Below, piece after piece: positions 31,617-43,003 of a stretch of DNA of 64,000 bases. Numbering within the stretch: position 1 is the stretch's first letter; each line of letters begins with the position of its first letter. This DNA comes from an uncultured delta proteobacterium. Its GTDB lineage: Bacteria; Desulfobacterota; Binatia; UBA9968. The notes under the pieces were generated by a model. That model was not told the DNA's origin. It made no database searches and saw nothing but the letters and a program-made list of their open reading frames with translations. The stretch lies in contig CAVTUQ010000025.1 of NCBI GenBank assembly GCA_963737905.1, positions 1 to 64,000 on the forward strand, written 5' to 3'. A program made the position numbers and the translations under genes.

Positions 31617-32165
31617 ATGCGTAAGGTGAACAAAATATTAGTCCCCATCGACTTTTCCGAGGAGTCTGCAAGAGCGTTAAAGTATGCTTTATCCTTGGCC
31701 AAGGAGACCAGAGCCGAGGTTGTGGCTTTGCACGTCGTGGAAAAAACCAACGACCGTGATTTTTTTATGTCCGCTGTAACCGTGCTGGAGGGGTCGCCTT
31801 TTCCCGTCAACGAGTTTCCAGCCATTCCAGTGGATGTTTTGTTGCAAGAAAGATCGCTCGATCTTTGGAACTTCATCGGGAGGATTGTAGAAGCAAGCAG
31901 CCAGGTCAAGATTACGAAAAGATTGCGGATGGGCAGTCTGGTCAAAGAAATTGCAGCCATCACCCAGGAAGATAGCATCGATTTGATTGTACTCGAATTA
32001 CGAAAGCGTTTTCTTTTTCCCAACCTGTCAACCCTCAGACTGCTCAGAATCATCAGGAGGCTTGATTGTCCCGTCCTTATTGGATCACCCATCGCAGAAG
32101 ATCGTCGTGGACCCGGGAGACCCCTGGCGTTAATTCAGCCTAGAGCCGAAGAAACGATTGCATAG
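31617..32165 (+). CDS. Universal stress protein
   Basis: KILVPIDFSEES..AL.YA, LHVV, IDLIV, CPVL. Confidence 0.9.
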   Translation: MRKVNKILVPIDFSEESARALKYALSLAKETRAEVVALHVVEKTNDRDFFMSAVTVLEGSPFPVNEFPAIPVDVLLQERSLDLWNFIGRIVEASSQVKITKRLRMGSLVKEIAAITQEDSIDLIVLELRKRFLFPNLSTLRLLRIIRRLDCPVLIGSPIAEDRRGPGRPLALIQPRAEETIA

Positions 32166-32178
32166 AGAGACGGTGGTT

Positions 32179-32865
32179 TTACTCGAGGGCTCGGGAGCTC
32201 CAAGAAGCCACCTTCTGCGCCGCTTCGTCCAAAGCCTGATCGTCGGATCGACCGGTGCTCTTGAGTAGGTGAAACGAGTGATCGCCACCCTCAATGATGA
32301 AAAGCTCGACTCGCTTGCCGAGACGAGCGCAAAGGGGTTTCAGCAGTTTGAGATCGGCCAGAGCATCTCGAGATCCCTGCAGGAATAGCATCGGCAACTT
32401 GGTATCGAAAAGATGATGGCCCCGGTCTGCGGACGGTTTGCCGGCGGCATGCAGCGGGAAACCAAAATAAATCAAGCCGCGGACGTCATCCAATGGCTCC
32501 CTTGCCGCGGCAATTGAAGTCATTCGCCCGCCCATGGATTTGCCGCCCGCAAAAAGTGGCAGGCCGCCGGCATATTTCTTTCCCGTGGCGACAGCCGCTC
32601 GAACACTCGCGGTGAGAACCGCTTCGCTGTCCGGTCTCTTGCTGCCCTTTTCCGTGTACGGAAACTGATACCGCAGAGTCGCAACGCCATTGCCTGCCAA
32701 TGTTTCCGCAGTATTTTGCATGAAAACGTGACGCATTCCAGCGCCGGCGCCGTGTGCCAGAATCAATAGTGACCTGGCCGCCTGCGGCAACAGAAGCAAG
32801 CCGGAAACTGTTCCCGCTTTTTCACTCACCTCGAAATGAATCTCCTTAGTCAAATTCCTGCCCAT
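32179..32865 (-). CDS. Alpha/beta hydrolase (KANL3/Tex30-like family)
   Basis: LAHGAGAGM, GGKSMGGR, GFPLH, QGSRD, GGDHSF. Confidence 0.9.
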   Translation of the reverse strand: MGRNLTKEIHFEVSEKAGTVSGLLLLPQAARSLLILAHGAGAGMRHVFMQNTAETLAGNGVATLRYQFPYTEKGSKRPDSEAVLTASVRAAVATGKKYAGGLPLFAGGKSMGGRMTSIAAAREPLDDVRGLIYFGFPLHAAGKPSADRGHHLFDTKLPMLFLQGSRDALADLKLLKPLCARLGKRVELFIIEGGDHSFHLLKSTGRSDDQALDEAAQKVASWSSRALE

Positions 32866-33005
32866 ATTCGAGAAATCATCCGCTTCTGCTTGTAGCGGAT
32901 AGCGCTTCCCTCTGATATTTATTCCGTGAGAAAACATAATACAAACGATCCAGAGCACAATGCGGTCAACGCCCTGCTCCCGAGATACTCGCAAACTCAG
33001 ATTCG

Positions 33006-34187
33006 ATGCCTAGGGTGAAATCCAAATCCATCTGGACCCCCGCCTTCGCTCTTCTCTGCTTGGCCCAACTCCTCGGCTACGCGCAGCATTCTATTCTTAC
33101 CCCGACCTTTCCGCTTTATGTGACGCAGCTCGGCGGCTCGCCTTTCGTCGTCGGATTGGTCCTTGCCTGCTTTGCCGTTACCAGCGTCATCGTCCGACCG
33201 ATTGTTGGCCACTGGGTAGATCGTTGGAACGAAGCCGGAATAATGATCTCGGGCCTTCTCTTTCTAGGCGTCAGTATTCTTTTATGTTTCGTCCCCCTGG
33301 TTGAAGCGACGATGCTCGCTAACGGCCTTCGAGGAATAGGCTGGGCCGGATTGAATGCAGGAGGCTACGCTCTACTCGCCTCGAGCGCGCCAGAAGCGAA
33401 GCGCGGCGAAGCTTCTGGCTATTACAGTGGAGTTCAGGGCAGCGCCACGATTTTATTTCCTGCCGTAGCCCTCTGGCTGATCTACGCCCCTTTCGGCGGC
33501 TTTAGGGTGGTATTCGCTGTGGCCGTTGCACTCGCCGTCATGGGCGCGGGCGTGGGAGCGGTCATGGCGCGCACCGTCCCAAGCACGGCCCATCGCCCGT
33601 CGCTCGAAGGAACAAGACCCTGGTGGCGCGAACTTTTTACTATTGTGGACCGCGATGTTTTGCTCCCTTCTGTGATGCTTTTCTCCCTGAACCTGTCTCT
33701 TCCCGCCGTGACCAGCTTTATTGTTCTCTACGCCCGTGACATCGGCATTGAAAACTTCGGGTCGTATTTCGTGGTGAGCGGAGCAACAAACCTTCTCGCG
33801 CGCCCTTTGCTTGGCCGCGCCTCCGATAAGATCGGCCGGAGTCGTTCCCTGGCAGCCGGCTTTATACTACAGGTGATCGCTCTATCTCTGCTGGTGATCG
33901 TTTCCAATCTCTTTGGCGTGCTCGTCTCAGGCGTTCTGTACATGCTTGGCAACGCCATCGGGAGCGCAACAACTCTGGCGCTCGCGGTGGAGCGGGCCAA
34001 TCCTCAGCGCCGTGGCAAAGCCATGGCTACCTTCTCCGTGGGCTACCCATTGAGTTACGGGGTCGGCTCACTCTTGATGGGAAGTATCGTAGAGATAGGG
34101 GGCTACATCGGAATGTTTGTTACAGCGGCAGGACTGTCCGCCGCCGGGCTCGCGCTCGCACTGGCGAAATGGTCGCGGCTAAAGTGA
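33006..34187 (+). CDS. MFS transporter
   Basis: About 12 hydrophobic segments; G.ASDKIGR and RGEA/RGKA loop motifs. Confidence 0.9.
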   Translation: MPRVKSKSIWTPAFALLCLAQLLGYAQHSILTPTFPLYVTQLGGSPFVVGLVLACFAVTSVIVRPIVGHWVDRWNEAGIMISGLLFLGVSILLCFVPLVEATMLANGLRGIGWAGLNAGGYALLASSAPEAKRGEASGYYSGVQGSATILFPAVALWLIYAPFGGFRVVFAVAVALAVMGAGVGAVMARTVPSTAHRPSLEGTRPWWRELFTIVDRDVLLPSVMLFSLNLSLPAVTSFIVLYARDIGIENFGSYFVVSGATNLLARPLLGRASDKIGRSRSLAAGFILQVIALSLLVIVSNLFGVLVSGVLYMLGNAIGSATTLALAVERANPQRRGKAMATFSVGYPLSYGVGSLLMGSIVEIGGYIGMFVTAAGLSAAGLALALAKWSRLK

Positions 34188-34324
34188 AGAACCGGAACGG
34201 GTGAGAGAAAGAATTGGACGCGCTTGAAATAATCGACACATCGTTTAAACCCTCTTGTTGAACGGTACGGGATGCGCTAAGCCTGGTCGTGCTCGTGCCG
34301 GCAACCACAGAGGAGGTCGCGACG

Positions 34325-35317
34325 ATGAAAACCCGTCTCTTTTCGATAAGTTTTTTGGTGTCGCTCGGAGCTTTGCTGGCGGTCACCATGCCGGTTCACG
34401 CGAAGAGCTACATTGCCTATATCTCGGATTCTACGAGCTCTTCGGTGATCTACTGGCTGGCGAAAGACGTCGGCATCTTCAAAAAACATGGGCTGGACCT
34501 GGATACGATCTTTATTAACGGCAGCGTTCGCGGGATTCAAAGCCTGATCGCCGGTGATCTGGGATACAGCGGCGCGGTGGGAACCGCTGTGATCAACGCC
34601 AACCTTTCAGGAGGGGACATTGCCATCATTCAAAGCCAGATGAACACCTTGCCCTACTTCATCATCGGCAACGCGAGCATCAAGTCGCCCGAAGGTTTGA
34701 AGGGGCGCGCGGCGGCCGTGCATATCCCCGGCACCTCGGCAGATTTCGCCATGAGACTCGCGTTGATGAAAGTCAACATTCCCTACAAAGATATCAAAGC
34801 GATTACGGTCGGGGGTGCCCCGGCCCGGCTTGCCGCCGTCACGAGTGGCCAGGCCGATTTCACCGTCGTCACAGACGGCGAGAAAATGCAGGGTGAAAAA
34901 ATGGGGCTCAAGGTGATTATCGATATGGCTAAGCTGAACGTCCCTTTCCAGTTCAACTGCAGCGTAACCACCCGAAAAAAAATTCGTGAGAATCCCGACG
35001 AAGTGCGCCGCGTGGTATGGTCCATGGCGGAATCGATCCATTACTACAAAACCCACAAAGAGGAATCCATTAGAGTGATGCAGAAATACACGCGGGGCCT
35101 GAGCCGCGATATTCTCGAAGGAGCCTATGCCGCAAACACCTCGCTCCTAGTTGAAGATACTTATCCCACCTTGGAGGGGCTGAAGACCACGTTGGACGTC
35201 CAGGCGCTCACGGATGCGAGAGCCGCCAAAGCCAAAGTGGAGGATTTTGTCGAGCTCCGCTTTGTCGATGAAATGAGGAAAGGCGGATTTGTGGACAAGC
35301 TCTACGGGCGTCGCTGA
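34325..35317 (+). CDS. ABC substrate-binding protein (NMT1/SsuA-like)
   Basis: Signal peptide, GIFKKHGLD, LKG, ARLAA...GQAD, C-terminal FVDEM.KGGFVDKLY. Confidence 0.85.
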   Translation: MKTRLFSISFLVSLGALLAVTMPVHAKSYIAYISDSTSSSVIYWLAKDVGIFKKHGLDLDTIFINGSVRGIQSLIAGDLGYSGAVGTAVINANLSGGDIAIIQSQMNTLPYFIIGNASIKSPEGLKGRAAAVHIPGTSADFAMRLALMKVNIPYKDIKAITVGGAPARLAAVTSGQADFTVVTDGEKMQGEKMGLKVIIDMAKLNVPFQFNCSVTTRKKIRENPDEVRRVVWSMAESIHYYKTHKEESIRVMQKYTRGLSRDILEGAYAANTSLLVEDTYPTLEGLKTTLDVQALTDARAAKAKVEDFVELRFVDEMRKGGFVDKLYGRR

Positions 35318-35418
35318 TGGGGGGAACAAACCAGGAACATGAACAAATTGGCAGACCGTGAACAGTTTGAACGCGTCCTCTCATGGACGGTTGGTACTCT
35401 GCTGAGAGGGACTCGCCA

Positions 35419-36907
35419 ATGAAAATTCTGCTGCTCTCCATGCCGGATTCTTTCGAACATACGCCCACGGTTTGTATTCGCATGCCCAACGGTGCGCTCG
35501 CTTCTCTCGCCGGAAACGTCGATCCCCACCACCAAGTCGCCGTCACCGACCTCGTCCTGGCTCAGGATCGTGTTCGAACGACCATCGAAGAGCTGATGAA
35601 AAGGATCGAGCCCGACATCGTGGGGCTCTCGATCATGACATTCCAGCGAAAAACCGCCCAAAAAATTATCGCCCTGTTGCATTCCCTCAGAGCAAACTTG
35701 CGTATCGTCGTGGGCGGTTACGACCCGAGCATGGCTCCGGAAGCTTATGCTGACAGCGACGTTGATTTCATCGTCCGCGGCGAAGGTGAAATCACCTTTC
35801 GCGAGTTGCTGCGGGCAATCGAAAATAACCGCGATTATGAGGGCATCTTAGGCTTGTCTTACCAAGAAGCGGGCCGCTTTCACCACAATCCCGAACGGCC
35901 CGTGAGCGGTCTTGAGGGGATTGAGATACGGCTCCCTGACCGCAGCGCGCGGCTTCTCAATAATTATACGATGCTGGGTCGTCCGGTCGACGTCGTCGAG
36001 ACTTCTCGTGGTTGCACCTTCGACTGTAGTTTCTGCTCGATTATTGCGATGCGGGGTCGGCAATTTAACACCTATTCGTTCGATCGGGTGCTGGCGGACA
36101 TACGCGATGCTTCGGAACACGGCGCTCGGGCCATTTTCCTGGTCGATGACAACATCACCCTCAACGTGCGCCGATTCGAAGCGCTCTGCCAGGCAATCAT
36201 AGACGCGCGGCTGAATCATTTGGATTACATCGTGCAGGCGATGACCTCGGCCATCGCGAACTCCGGTGAAACCCTCGCACCCTTGATGCGCGAGGCGGGC
36301 TTTCGCTACGTCTTTCTTGGAATCGAGAATGTACTCGAGGCGGACCTTGATTTCCTACGCGCCGGCTCCAAAAATACCCGCCGCGAAAAAGGCAGCAAGA
36401 CCGGCAATGCCACCCTGAAGGCCATTCAGGCTCTCCACCACAATAAAATGTATGTCGTCGGCGGCCTTATCGTCGGCAACCCGGGCGACACGCGGGAATC
36501 GATCGAGACCAATCTCGATTTCGCACGGCACAACGTCGACTGGCCCTACATCCAGCATCCTACCCCTTACCCTCGCACGCCAATGACCCAAGATTTTCGT
36601 GACCGCGGACTGATCATCGATGACAATCCAGAGGACTACGACGGCACGACGGCAGTCGTACGCACCGATCATCTTACGGCCGAGGAGGTCGAATTTTTAA
36701 GGTGGCGGGCGGAGCGATGGATGAAAGTTCACCATTTGCCGGCGGCTTTCGTTCACAGTCCTATGTTCGTGCTGCGCAACGGACCGAAGATGTTAGCCCA
36801 CACGTTTCGCGGCTCCACCGTCAAAACGCTGCTGGGTCTCGAAGACGAACGCAAGGCCTTTCAGCGCTATCGTCGCAATCCGTCAGGCGGAGCGGGAGTA
36901 TGTCTGA
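35419..36907 (+). CDS. B12-binding domain radical SAM protein
   Basis: VVGGYDPS, VRGEGE, ETSRGCTFDCSFC (CxxxCxxC), DDN, GIE, TPYP; C-terminus shifted by an indel. Confidence 0.92.
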
Positions 36908-37058
36908 CGAGGGAAAGGACTAGAACTCCTCCGACAGATTTAAGTGAGTTAGTCTAAAAGCTAGATTGTTTACGGTGTTCATGACGTTTCAGGGTGTTAA
37001 CGATTTGATTCAGGTTGTCAATGTCGGCAGTCTTGCGGGACTTTCCCGGGAGGCACCG

Positions 37059-38218
37059 ATGCACATTGGCAATCTCGTTTTCTCGCAACTCATGGAGTTC
37101 GCGCCGTGGCATACCTTTCGCCGTTTGGTGGTGAAATATCGCGGCGATTTCAACGTCCGCACTTTCAGCTGCTGGACAGTTTCTGTGGATGGCTTTTGCA
37201 CAGCTGACTTACCGCGAAAGCCTGCGCGACATCGAGGCGTGTCTGCGTGCGCAGCCGACCAAACTCTATCACATGGGGCTGCGTGGCAAAGTGAGCCGCA
37301 GCGCCTGGCCGACGCCAACGAGTCGCGCGACTGGCGTATTTATGCCGAGTTCGCCCACTCGCTTATCCGCACCGCCGCCGGCTGTATGCTCAGGAACCCC
37401 TTGCAGTGGATCTCGCCGAGACGGTCTACGCCCTGGATGCGACCACGATCGACTTGTGCCTGTCGCTGTTTCCGTGGGCCAAGTTTCGCAAAACCAAAGC
37501 GGCGGTGAAGCTGCACACGCTGCTCGACTTGCGCGGCTCTATCCCGAGCTTCATCCACATCTGCGACGGCAAACTGCACGATGTCAACGTCCTCGACGTG
37601 CTCATTGCCGAGCCGGGCGCCTTCTACGTGATGGATCGCGGCTACCTCGACTTCGAGCGGCTCTACGTCTCCATCAGGCCGCCAGCTTCTTTGTTACTCG
37701 CGCGAAATCCAACTTCAAATTCAAGCGCCTGTATTCTCGCCCGGTGGATCGTCAGCACGGGATTGCTCTGCGACCAAGAAGTAGAACTCGTGGTATTCTA
37801 CTCGCGCCGGCACTACCCGGCACGCCTGCGTCGCATCCGCTATCGCGATACCGAAGGGCGGCGACTGGTATTCTTGACCAATCATATGACGTTGGCGCCT
37901 TTGACCATTTGCGAGCTGTACCGCTCGCGCTGGCAAGTCGAACTGTTCTTCAAGTGGATCAAGCAACACCTGCGCATCAAGCGCTTCTTCGGCACCTCCG
38001 AGAACGCGGTGAAGACTCAGGTCTGGATCGCGGTCGCTGTCTACGTGTTAGTTGCTATCGTTCGCAGGCGTCTCAATCTGGAGTTGTCCTTGCACGAAAT
38101 GTTACAGATTCTGAGCATCACACCGTTCGAGAAAATCCCTATGATTCAGCTCCTTACCTACTCTGCAACCGACCAAAATTTACACGACGATCCCAATCAA
38201 CTGATTTTATTATTCTGA
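37059..38218 (+). mobile_element. IS4-family transposase (DUF4372 + DDE), frameshifted
   Basis: VFSQLM, FAQLTYRESLRDIE, DATTIDLCLSLFPWAKFR, KLHTLLD, MDRGYLD, YRSRWQVELFFKWIKQHL. Confidence 0.93.
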
Positions 38219-38682
38219 TGAACGATTTGATCGCAGCTCTTGCCAGGTTGTCCCTGGGCCTGGCGATTCTGATTCTGCCAGGGTTCGTATATGCGGCCGA
38301 CCTTTCTCCGCTCGGCCTCTGGAAGACTATTGACGACAACACAGGACAACCCCGTGGCTTCGTACGCATTAGAGAGGTGAACGGACAGTACGAAGGCAAA
38401 GTTGAAAAAATTTTCCCCAAGCCCGGCGAGCCGCCGAATCCCAATTGCGAGAAATGCCAAGGCAACCGTCGCAATGAACCCGTGATGGGCATGATCATTT
38501 TGTGGGGTTTGACCAGACAAGGAGACGAATATCAAGGGGGAGAAATTTTGGATCCGGAAAACGGGAAGGTCTACCGCGCCCAGATGAAGCTCCTTGATAG
38601 TGGCCAAAAACTCGATGTGCGCGGCTTCATCGGTTTCTCTCTATTCGGCCGCAGCCAAATTTGGATTCGTGAAGGTGAGTGA
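38218..38682 (+). CDS. DUF2147 domain exported protein
   Basis: Signal peptide, GLWKTIDD, CEKC, GEILDPENGKVY, LDVRGFIG..LFGRSQIW. Confidence 0.88.
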   Translation: MNDLIAALARLSLGLAILILPGFVYAADLSPLGLWKTIDDNTGQPRGFVRIREVNGQYEGKVEKIFPKPGEPPNPNCEKCQGNRRNEPVMGMIILWGLTRQGDEYQGGEILDPENGKVYRAQMKLLDSGQKLDVRGFIGFSLFGRSQIWIREGE

Positions 38683-38871
38683 CCTGCCGGATTTGCATCC
38701 AGCGCTTTTCTCAGATTGCAAACTGTGTCTTCCCGAGACGGGACCCGAGCTTGTTACCGATTTCGATGTAGATATTTCCCTCGTCTTGGGATAAGAACGG
38801 TCATCTGGCGCACCTATGGTGTTCGAAGTCATGGCAAGCGTTAAACATCCCTGCACAAAGGAACCGCTCAT

Positions 38872-39873
38872 ATGAAATTTGGCATTTTCGTCTTCGGCGA
38901 TAATCCCCCCGATATCGGTCGTTCCAACCAAAAATATTATGAAGAAGTCCTGACCATGGCGGAGTGGGCCGAAGAGTTGGGATTCGATTCCTTCTGGCTC
39001 GGCGAGCACCACTTTTACTGGTACGGCACCTGTGTCTCACCGCCAATGATCATTGCAGCGCTCGCGCAGCGTACCAAGAAAATCCGGCTGGGACCAGCGA
39101 TAAGCGTTTTGCCGTTTCACCATCCGCTGATTGTGGCTGAGGAATATGCCTTGGCGGACAACCTCTGCGGCGGGCGGCTGAATTTTGCTGTCGGCAGTGG
39201 CTTTTCCCCGCTCGAATACAAGACTTTCGGGATGTCGATGGAGGAAGCGAGAGAAAGGTACTGGGAGGGTTTTGACGTCATCCTGAACGCATGGCGACAG
39301 AACGAGTTTTCCCACCAGGGGAAATTTTACCAGATCGAGAACTTCTCTTTATGGATGAAACCCGTGCAGAAGCCTATGCCGCCCACCTGGGTCGCGGCGT
39401 CAAGCGACGAGACTTTGATTAAGGCCGGGGAAATGGGACTCTCCATGATGGGGATTCCCTTTGCGCGATCGAGCAATATATTCGAGGTCAAAGAAAAAAA
39501 TGACCTTTTTAAGGAATCTTATTTTCGTGCCGGCCATAAGGAAGATCCGGATATTATTGTTGCGCTGCACGTTTGCCTGCAACGCAGCGAGGAAGATGCG
39601 GTTAAGTTATCCCGGCCGCACTTTGCCCGTGTCGCTGACTATCTAAAAACGTCTCGGCGCCCGGGAGCTAAGGTGCCTGATTTGGACAACATGAAAAACG
39701 AAAAACTCGCCGTCTTTACCAATCCTGAGGATGCCGTCGCAATTCTAAAGGACTACGAAAAGATCGGCGTCACCCACATCATCTGCATGGTCAACTTCGG
39801 CGGCCTCCCCATGACTGATGTGCGCAGAACCTTGGAGCTGATGTCAAAAGAAGTCTTTCCAAAGTTCAAATGA
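38872..39873 (+). CDS. LLM-class flavin-dependent oxidoreductase
   Basis: AEELGFDSFWLGEHH, RTKKIRLG, HPLIVAEE, GRL..AVGSG. Confidence 0.93.
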   Translation: MKFGIFVFGDNPPDIGRSNQKYYEEVLTMAEWAEELGFDSFWLGEHHFYWYGTCVSPPMIIAALAQRTKKIRLGPAISVLPFHHPLIVAEEYALADNLCGGRLNFAVGSGFSPLEYKTFGMSMEEARERYWEGFDVILNAWRQNEFSHQGKFYQIENFSLWMKPVQKPMPPTWVAASSDETLIKAGEMGLSMMGIPFARSSNIFEVKEKNDLFKESYFRAGHKEDPDIIVALHVCLQRSEEDAVKLSRPHFARVADYLKTSRRPGAKVPDLDNMKNEKLAVFTNPEDAVAILKDYEKIGVTHIICMVNFGGLPMTDVRRTLELMSKEVFPKFK

Positions 39874-39883
39874 GAAACAATCG

Positions 39884-40411
39884 ATGGCACGCGTACCCTT
39901 GATTGCAGAAGAACAACATCCCGAGCTGTCCGAGCTTATCGCCAAAATCAAAGGCGCGCGGGGCGGGCGGCTCATCAATATTTACCGCTTGATGCTGCAC
40001 AGCCCGGCGCTGGCGAATGCTTGGTTCGATCTCAATCAGGCGGTGCGCTACGGCACCGAGATCGACGGGCAGTGCCGCGAGTTGGCAGTCATACGGGTGG
40101 CGATATTGAATCATGTCGGGTACGTTGTCCGCGCCCATGGACCAGCTTATGCCTTGAAAGAAGGACTCACGCCGGCGCAAGTTGAAGCGCTGGCGGATTG
40201 GAGTGCGTCGAATTTATTTACCGATAAGCAGCGCGCGTTGCTCGCCTACGTGGACGCGATGACCCGCGATATCGACGTGCCGGATGCGCTATTTGGCGAC
40301 GTGCGTAAGTATTTTAGCGAACGACAGACCGTTGAGTTAACGATGCTCATCAGCGCCTACAATATGCTCACGCGGTTCTTGAAGGCACTAAAGGTCGATC
40401 CGGAGCCTTAG
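39884..40411 (+). CDS. Carboxymuconolactone decarboxylase/AhpD-family protein
   Basis: LHSPALA, RELAVIRVA, VELTMLISAYN. Confidence 0.85.
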   Translation: MARVPLIAEEQHPELSELIAKIKGARGGRLINIYRLMLHSPALANAWFDLNQAVRYGTEIDGQCRELAVIRVAILNHVGYVVRAHGPAYALKEGLTPAQVEALADWSASNLFTDKQRALLAYVDAMTRDIDVPDALFGDVRKYFSERQTVELTMLISAYNMLTRFLKALKVDPEP

Positions 40412-40416
40412 AACTG

Positions 40417-40491
40417 TTCAAGGTTCCAAGTTCAATGTTCAAAGTCAGAAACGGAGTTGAAAAGTTGAATCTAGAACTTTGAACCTTGAAC
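40417..40491. repeat. 7-nt tandem repeat hairpin (GTTCAAR / YTTGAAC units); similar arrays near 19980-20008, 48257-48300 and 50075-50122
   Basis: gttcaag gttccaa gttcaat gttcaaa ... ctttgaa ccttgaac. Confidence 0.7.
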
Positions 40492-40499
40492 GCGAATTT

Positions 40500-41594
40500 A
40501 TGGCTTCACTGCGCCCCAAACTAGTTGTCGAGAATGACAGCTTTCTCCGTTTGATCCAGGTCATGCTCGATCCGACATGCCCCTGCCGAGAGCGATCGCG
40601 GCGTTTTCTAATTTCTGCGCACATGATTTGCCGGACTTCAGCGGTTGGTGCGCCAAAGTGCGCGCGCAGGCTCAAAATCTTTATCCAACAGACGTCCGCC
40701 TGGTCGGCGACCAAGCGGAGCTACTGGAAAACCTGCCTGGCGCTCTGGCTATCGTCGTGGAATCTTTAACCGTTGGCCGCCAAGGAGATCGCAGCTACGG
40801 GAAGCACACTTAAAATTGTACAGAAATACGGCGTCACCACGCCGCGCATCGATCGGCCGGCATGCGAACAGGCCGGCGTTCAAGTATTGACGCTCAGACG
40901 CCGCGCCAATATTTCCACCGCCGAGCAAGGACTTACCTTGATGCTTGCGCTGGCCCGCCAGCTCAATCAGAACGCCAATCTTATCAGCGAGGAGCAGCTG
41001 CGTTCGGCTGGCTACTCGCCGACACGGTACGATCGCACGCACACGCCCAATGGCAACTGGGCGCGCATCACCGGGCTCATAACTCTTTACCAGCGGCAAC
41101 TCGGAATCATAGGACTGGGAGAAATCGGACGGGAGCTAGCGTTGCGGGCCGCGGCGCTGGAGATGCGCATCGTCTACACCCAGCGCCATAGGCTGCCAAC
41201 GGATGTCGAGCAGCGATACAGCGCGACTTATTGCAGTTTGGATGAATTACTGGCGACGTCGGACTGCGTCAGTCTAAATCTGCCCCGCGCCAATGAGACT
41301 CGCAACTTCATCGGCGCTCGAGAGCTTGCGATCATCAAGCCGGGCGCTTTTTTGATTAACGTTTCCCAGCCCAACCAGATTGACCGCCACGCGTTGCGCG
41401 AGGCGCTCGCCTCAGGCCGATTGGGCGGCTTTGGGCTCGACACTTTCTATGATGAGCCGGGCGATGCCAACGACCCGCTCCTCAAGTTCCGCAACGTCAT
41501 CATCTCGCCGCATCTCGGCGGTTCCCCCCGCTTCAATTCCCTCGACGATATTGAAGAGCTGGTGATCAACCTCGCACGGAAACTCGCGCCCTAG
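40500..41594 (+). CDS. D-isomer-specific 2-hydroxyacid dehydrogenase family protein, frameshifted 5' part
   Basis: GIIGLGEIG Rossmann motif, KPGAFLIN, GLDTF..EP, SPHLGG. Confidence 0.85.
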
Positions 41595-41704
41595 TTAGGT
41601 TCGCTGACGGTCGTAGTGTGAAAGGCGCTATGAGTGCTTGGACAAGGCTCAGCACGAACGGTCATTTAACTTATGCGACAGACTCACGAGAAATTTGACA
41701 GTGC

Positions 41705-42802
41705 TTATTTGAGAACCGATTCCGCTAATTTCATACCGGGGAGCCAGGAGTTATTACATTTGTCTTCGGTGAAGTTCTGGAAACGACGAAACTCCTCGAG
41801 AGTGAGCGCATCTTTCGCAGCGATCCCCTCAAGGCCTTTCGTATCCACGTCCATCCGCCGGGTCGGTTGTTGCACCAGCTTGCCGTATAGCTCCTGTCCT
41901 TCCCGGCTGAGCAGCCAATTCAGAAACACCTTTGCCGCATTCGGATGCGGCGCTCCTTTGATGATACCGAGGATACCATTGCCGCCGCTGATGTAATTGC
42001 CTTCTTTGAACGGCGGCAGATGCTTTACCGGCAGGCCTGAGTCGATGAAAGGATCGAAGTCCCTGAAGCCGACTCCGATCGTGAGAGCCAGCCCCCCTTT
42101 GGCCAGCGCCTCGGCTAGCTGACGGGCGTTGCGACTGACAAACAGCTCCTGTTGGACGAGCTTCTTGATAAATTCCTCGCCCTTAAGATCGACGAGAAAC
42201 GCCCACACGGCCAGTCCACCGCCGGGAACGCGCGGATCTCTTATGCCAATTTTACCCTTCCATCTTGAATCGAGAAGATCATTGTAAGAACGGAATTCCT
42301 GCGGTTTAACCAGTGTGGTGTTGTAAAACAGCGACGGTGTCATTTGCGCAACAAAACTGTAAAGATAATTTTTGCCGGTTTGGTTGTCCGCCCAGAGGTG
42401 ACCGCCCCACCAGTTCGCCGGGTCTTTCACTTCCGGGAGAATCATCGCCGGCGGCAACGGCTCGAACAAATCCAACTTGAGCAGCGGATTCCCCGTGCAG
42501 GGACCGATCAAGAAAGCATCGACGGAAACCACGCCGGCCTGCTTTTCGGCGACGATTTTACTCATCAGGCTCGGTCCTGGTGCTTGAATAAATTCACTGT
42601 CGAGATCGAAACGCTTTTTCAGCACAGCCTGAACCTGGTTTCGAAAATCGATGCCAGGCGGCGCGCCGATGACGACCTTCCCTTCCTTCTTTGCCGCTGC
42701 GACGACTCGCTGCCATTCCGAATTGGTGTCCGCACCGAGCGCACGGCCGTGCATACCCAATAGTAAAACGACGATAGTCAGAATCGGTGCTCTTCTACCC
42801 AT
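41705..42802 (-). CDS. Extracellular solute-binding protein (Fe3+/polyamine-type)
   Basis: AAKKEGKVVI, YNT.LV, DLLD.RWKGKI, APHPNAAKVFLNWLLSREGQ. Confidence 0.88.
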   Translation of the reverse strand: MGRRAPILTIVVLLLGMHGRALGADTNSEWQRVVAAAKKEGKVVIGAPPGIDFRNQVQAVLKKRFDLDSEFIQAPGPSLMSKIVAEKQAGVVSVDAFLIGPCTGNPLLKLDLFEPLPPAMILPEVKDPANWWGGHLWADNQTGKNYLYSFVAQMTPSLFYNTTLVKPQEFRSYNDLLDSRWKGKIGIRDPRVPGGGLAVWAFLVDLKGEEFIKKLVQQELFVSRNARQLAEALAKGGLALTIGVGFRDFDPFIDSGLPVKHLPPFKEGNYISGGNGILGIIKGAPHPNAAKVFLNWLLSREGQELYGKLVQQPTRRMDVDTKGLEGIAAKDALTLEEFRRFQNFTEDKCNNSWLPGMKLAESVLK

Positions 42803-43003
42803 AGAACAAACCTTTCTTCCGCAGTCAGTAAGCCTCATTCTACCGTTGCGGCGATCATAGCCAGGTTCGCGGTCAGATTCCACCACGCACTGCGGGACGC
42901 CTTCCAATCGCCACCCGCAAGTCCGATTGACAGCAAAATTGTCCCGGCGCTATATTTCGTCCATCACCACGGAACCTGTTCCTATTCGAGGGGAGCTAAT
43001 CCT

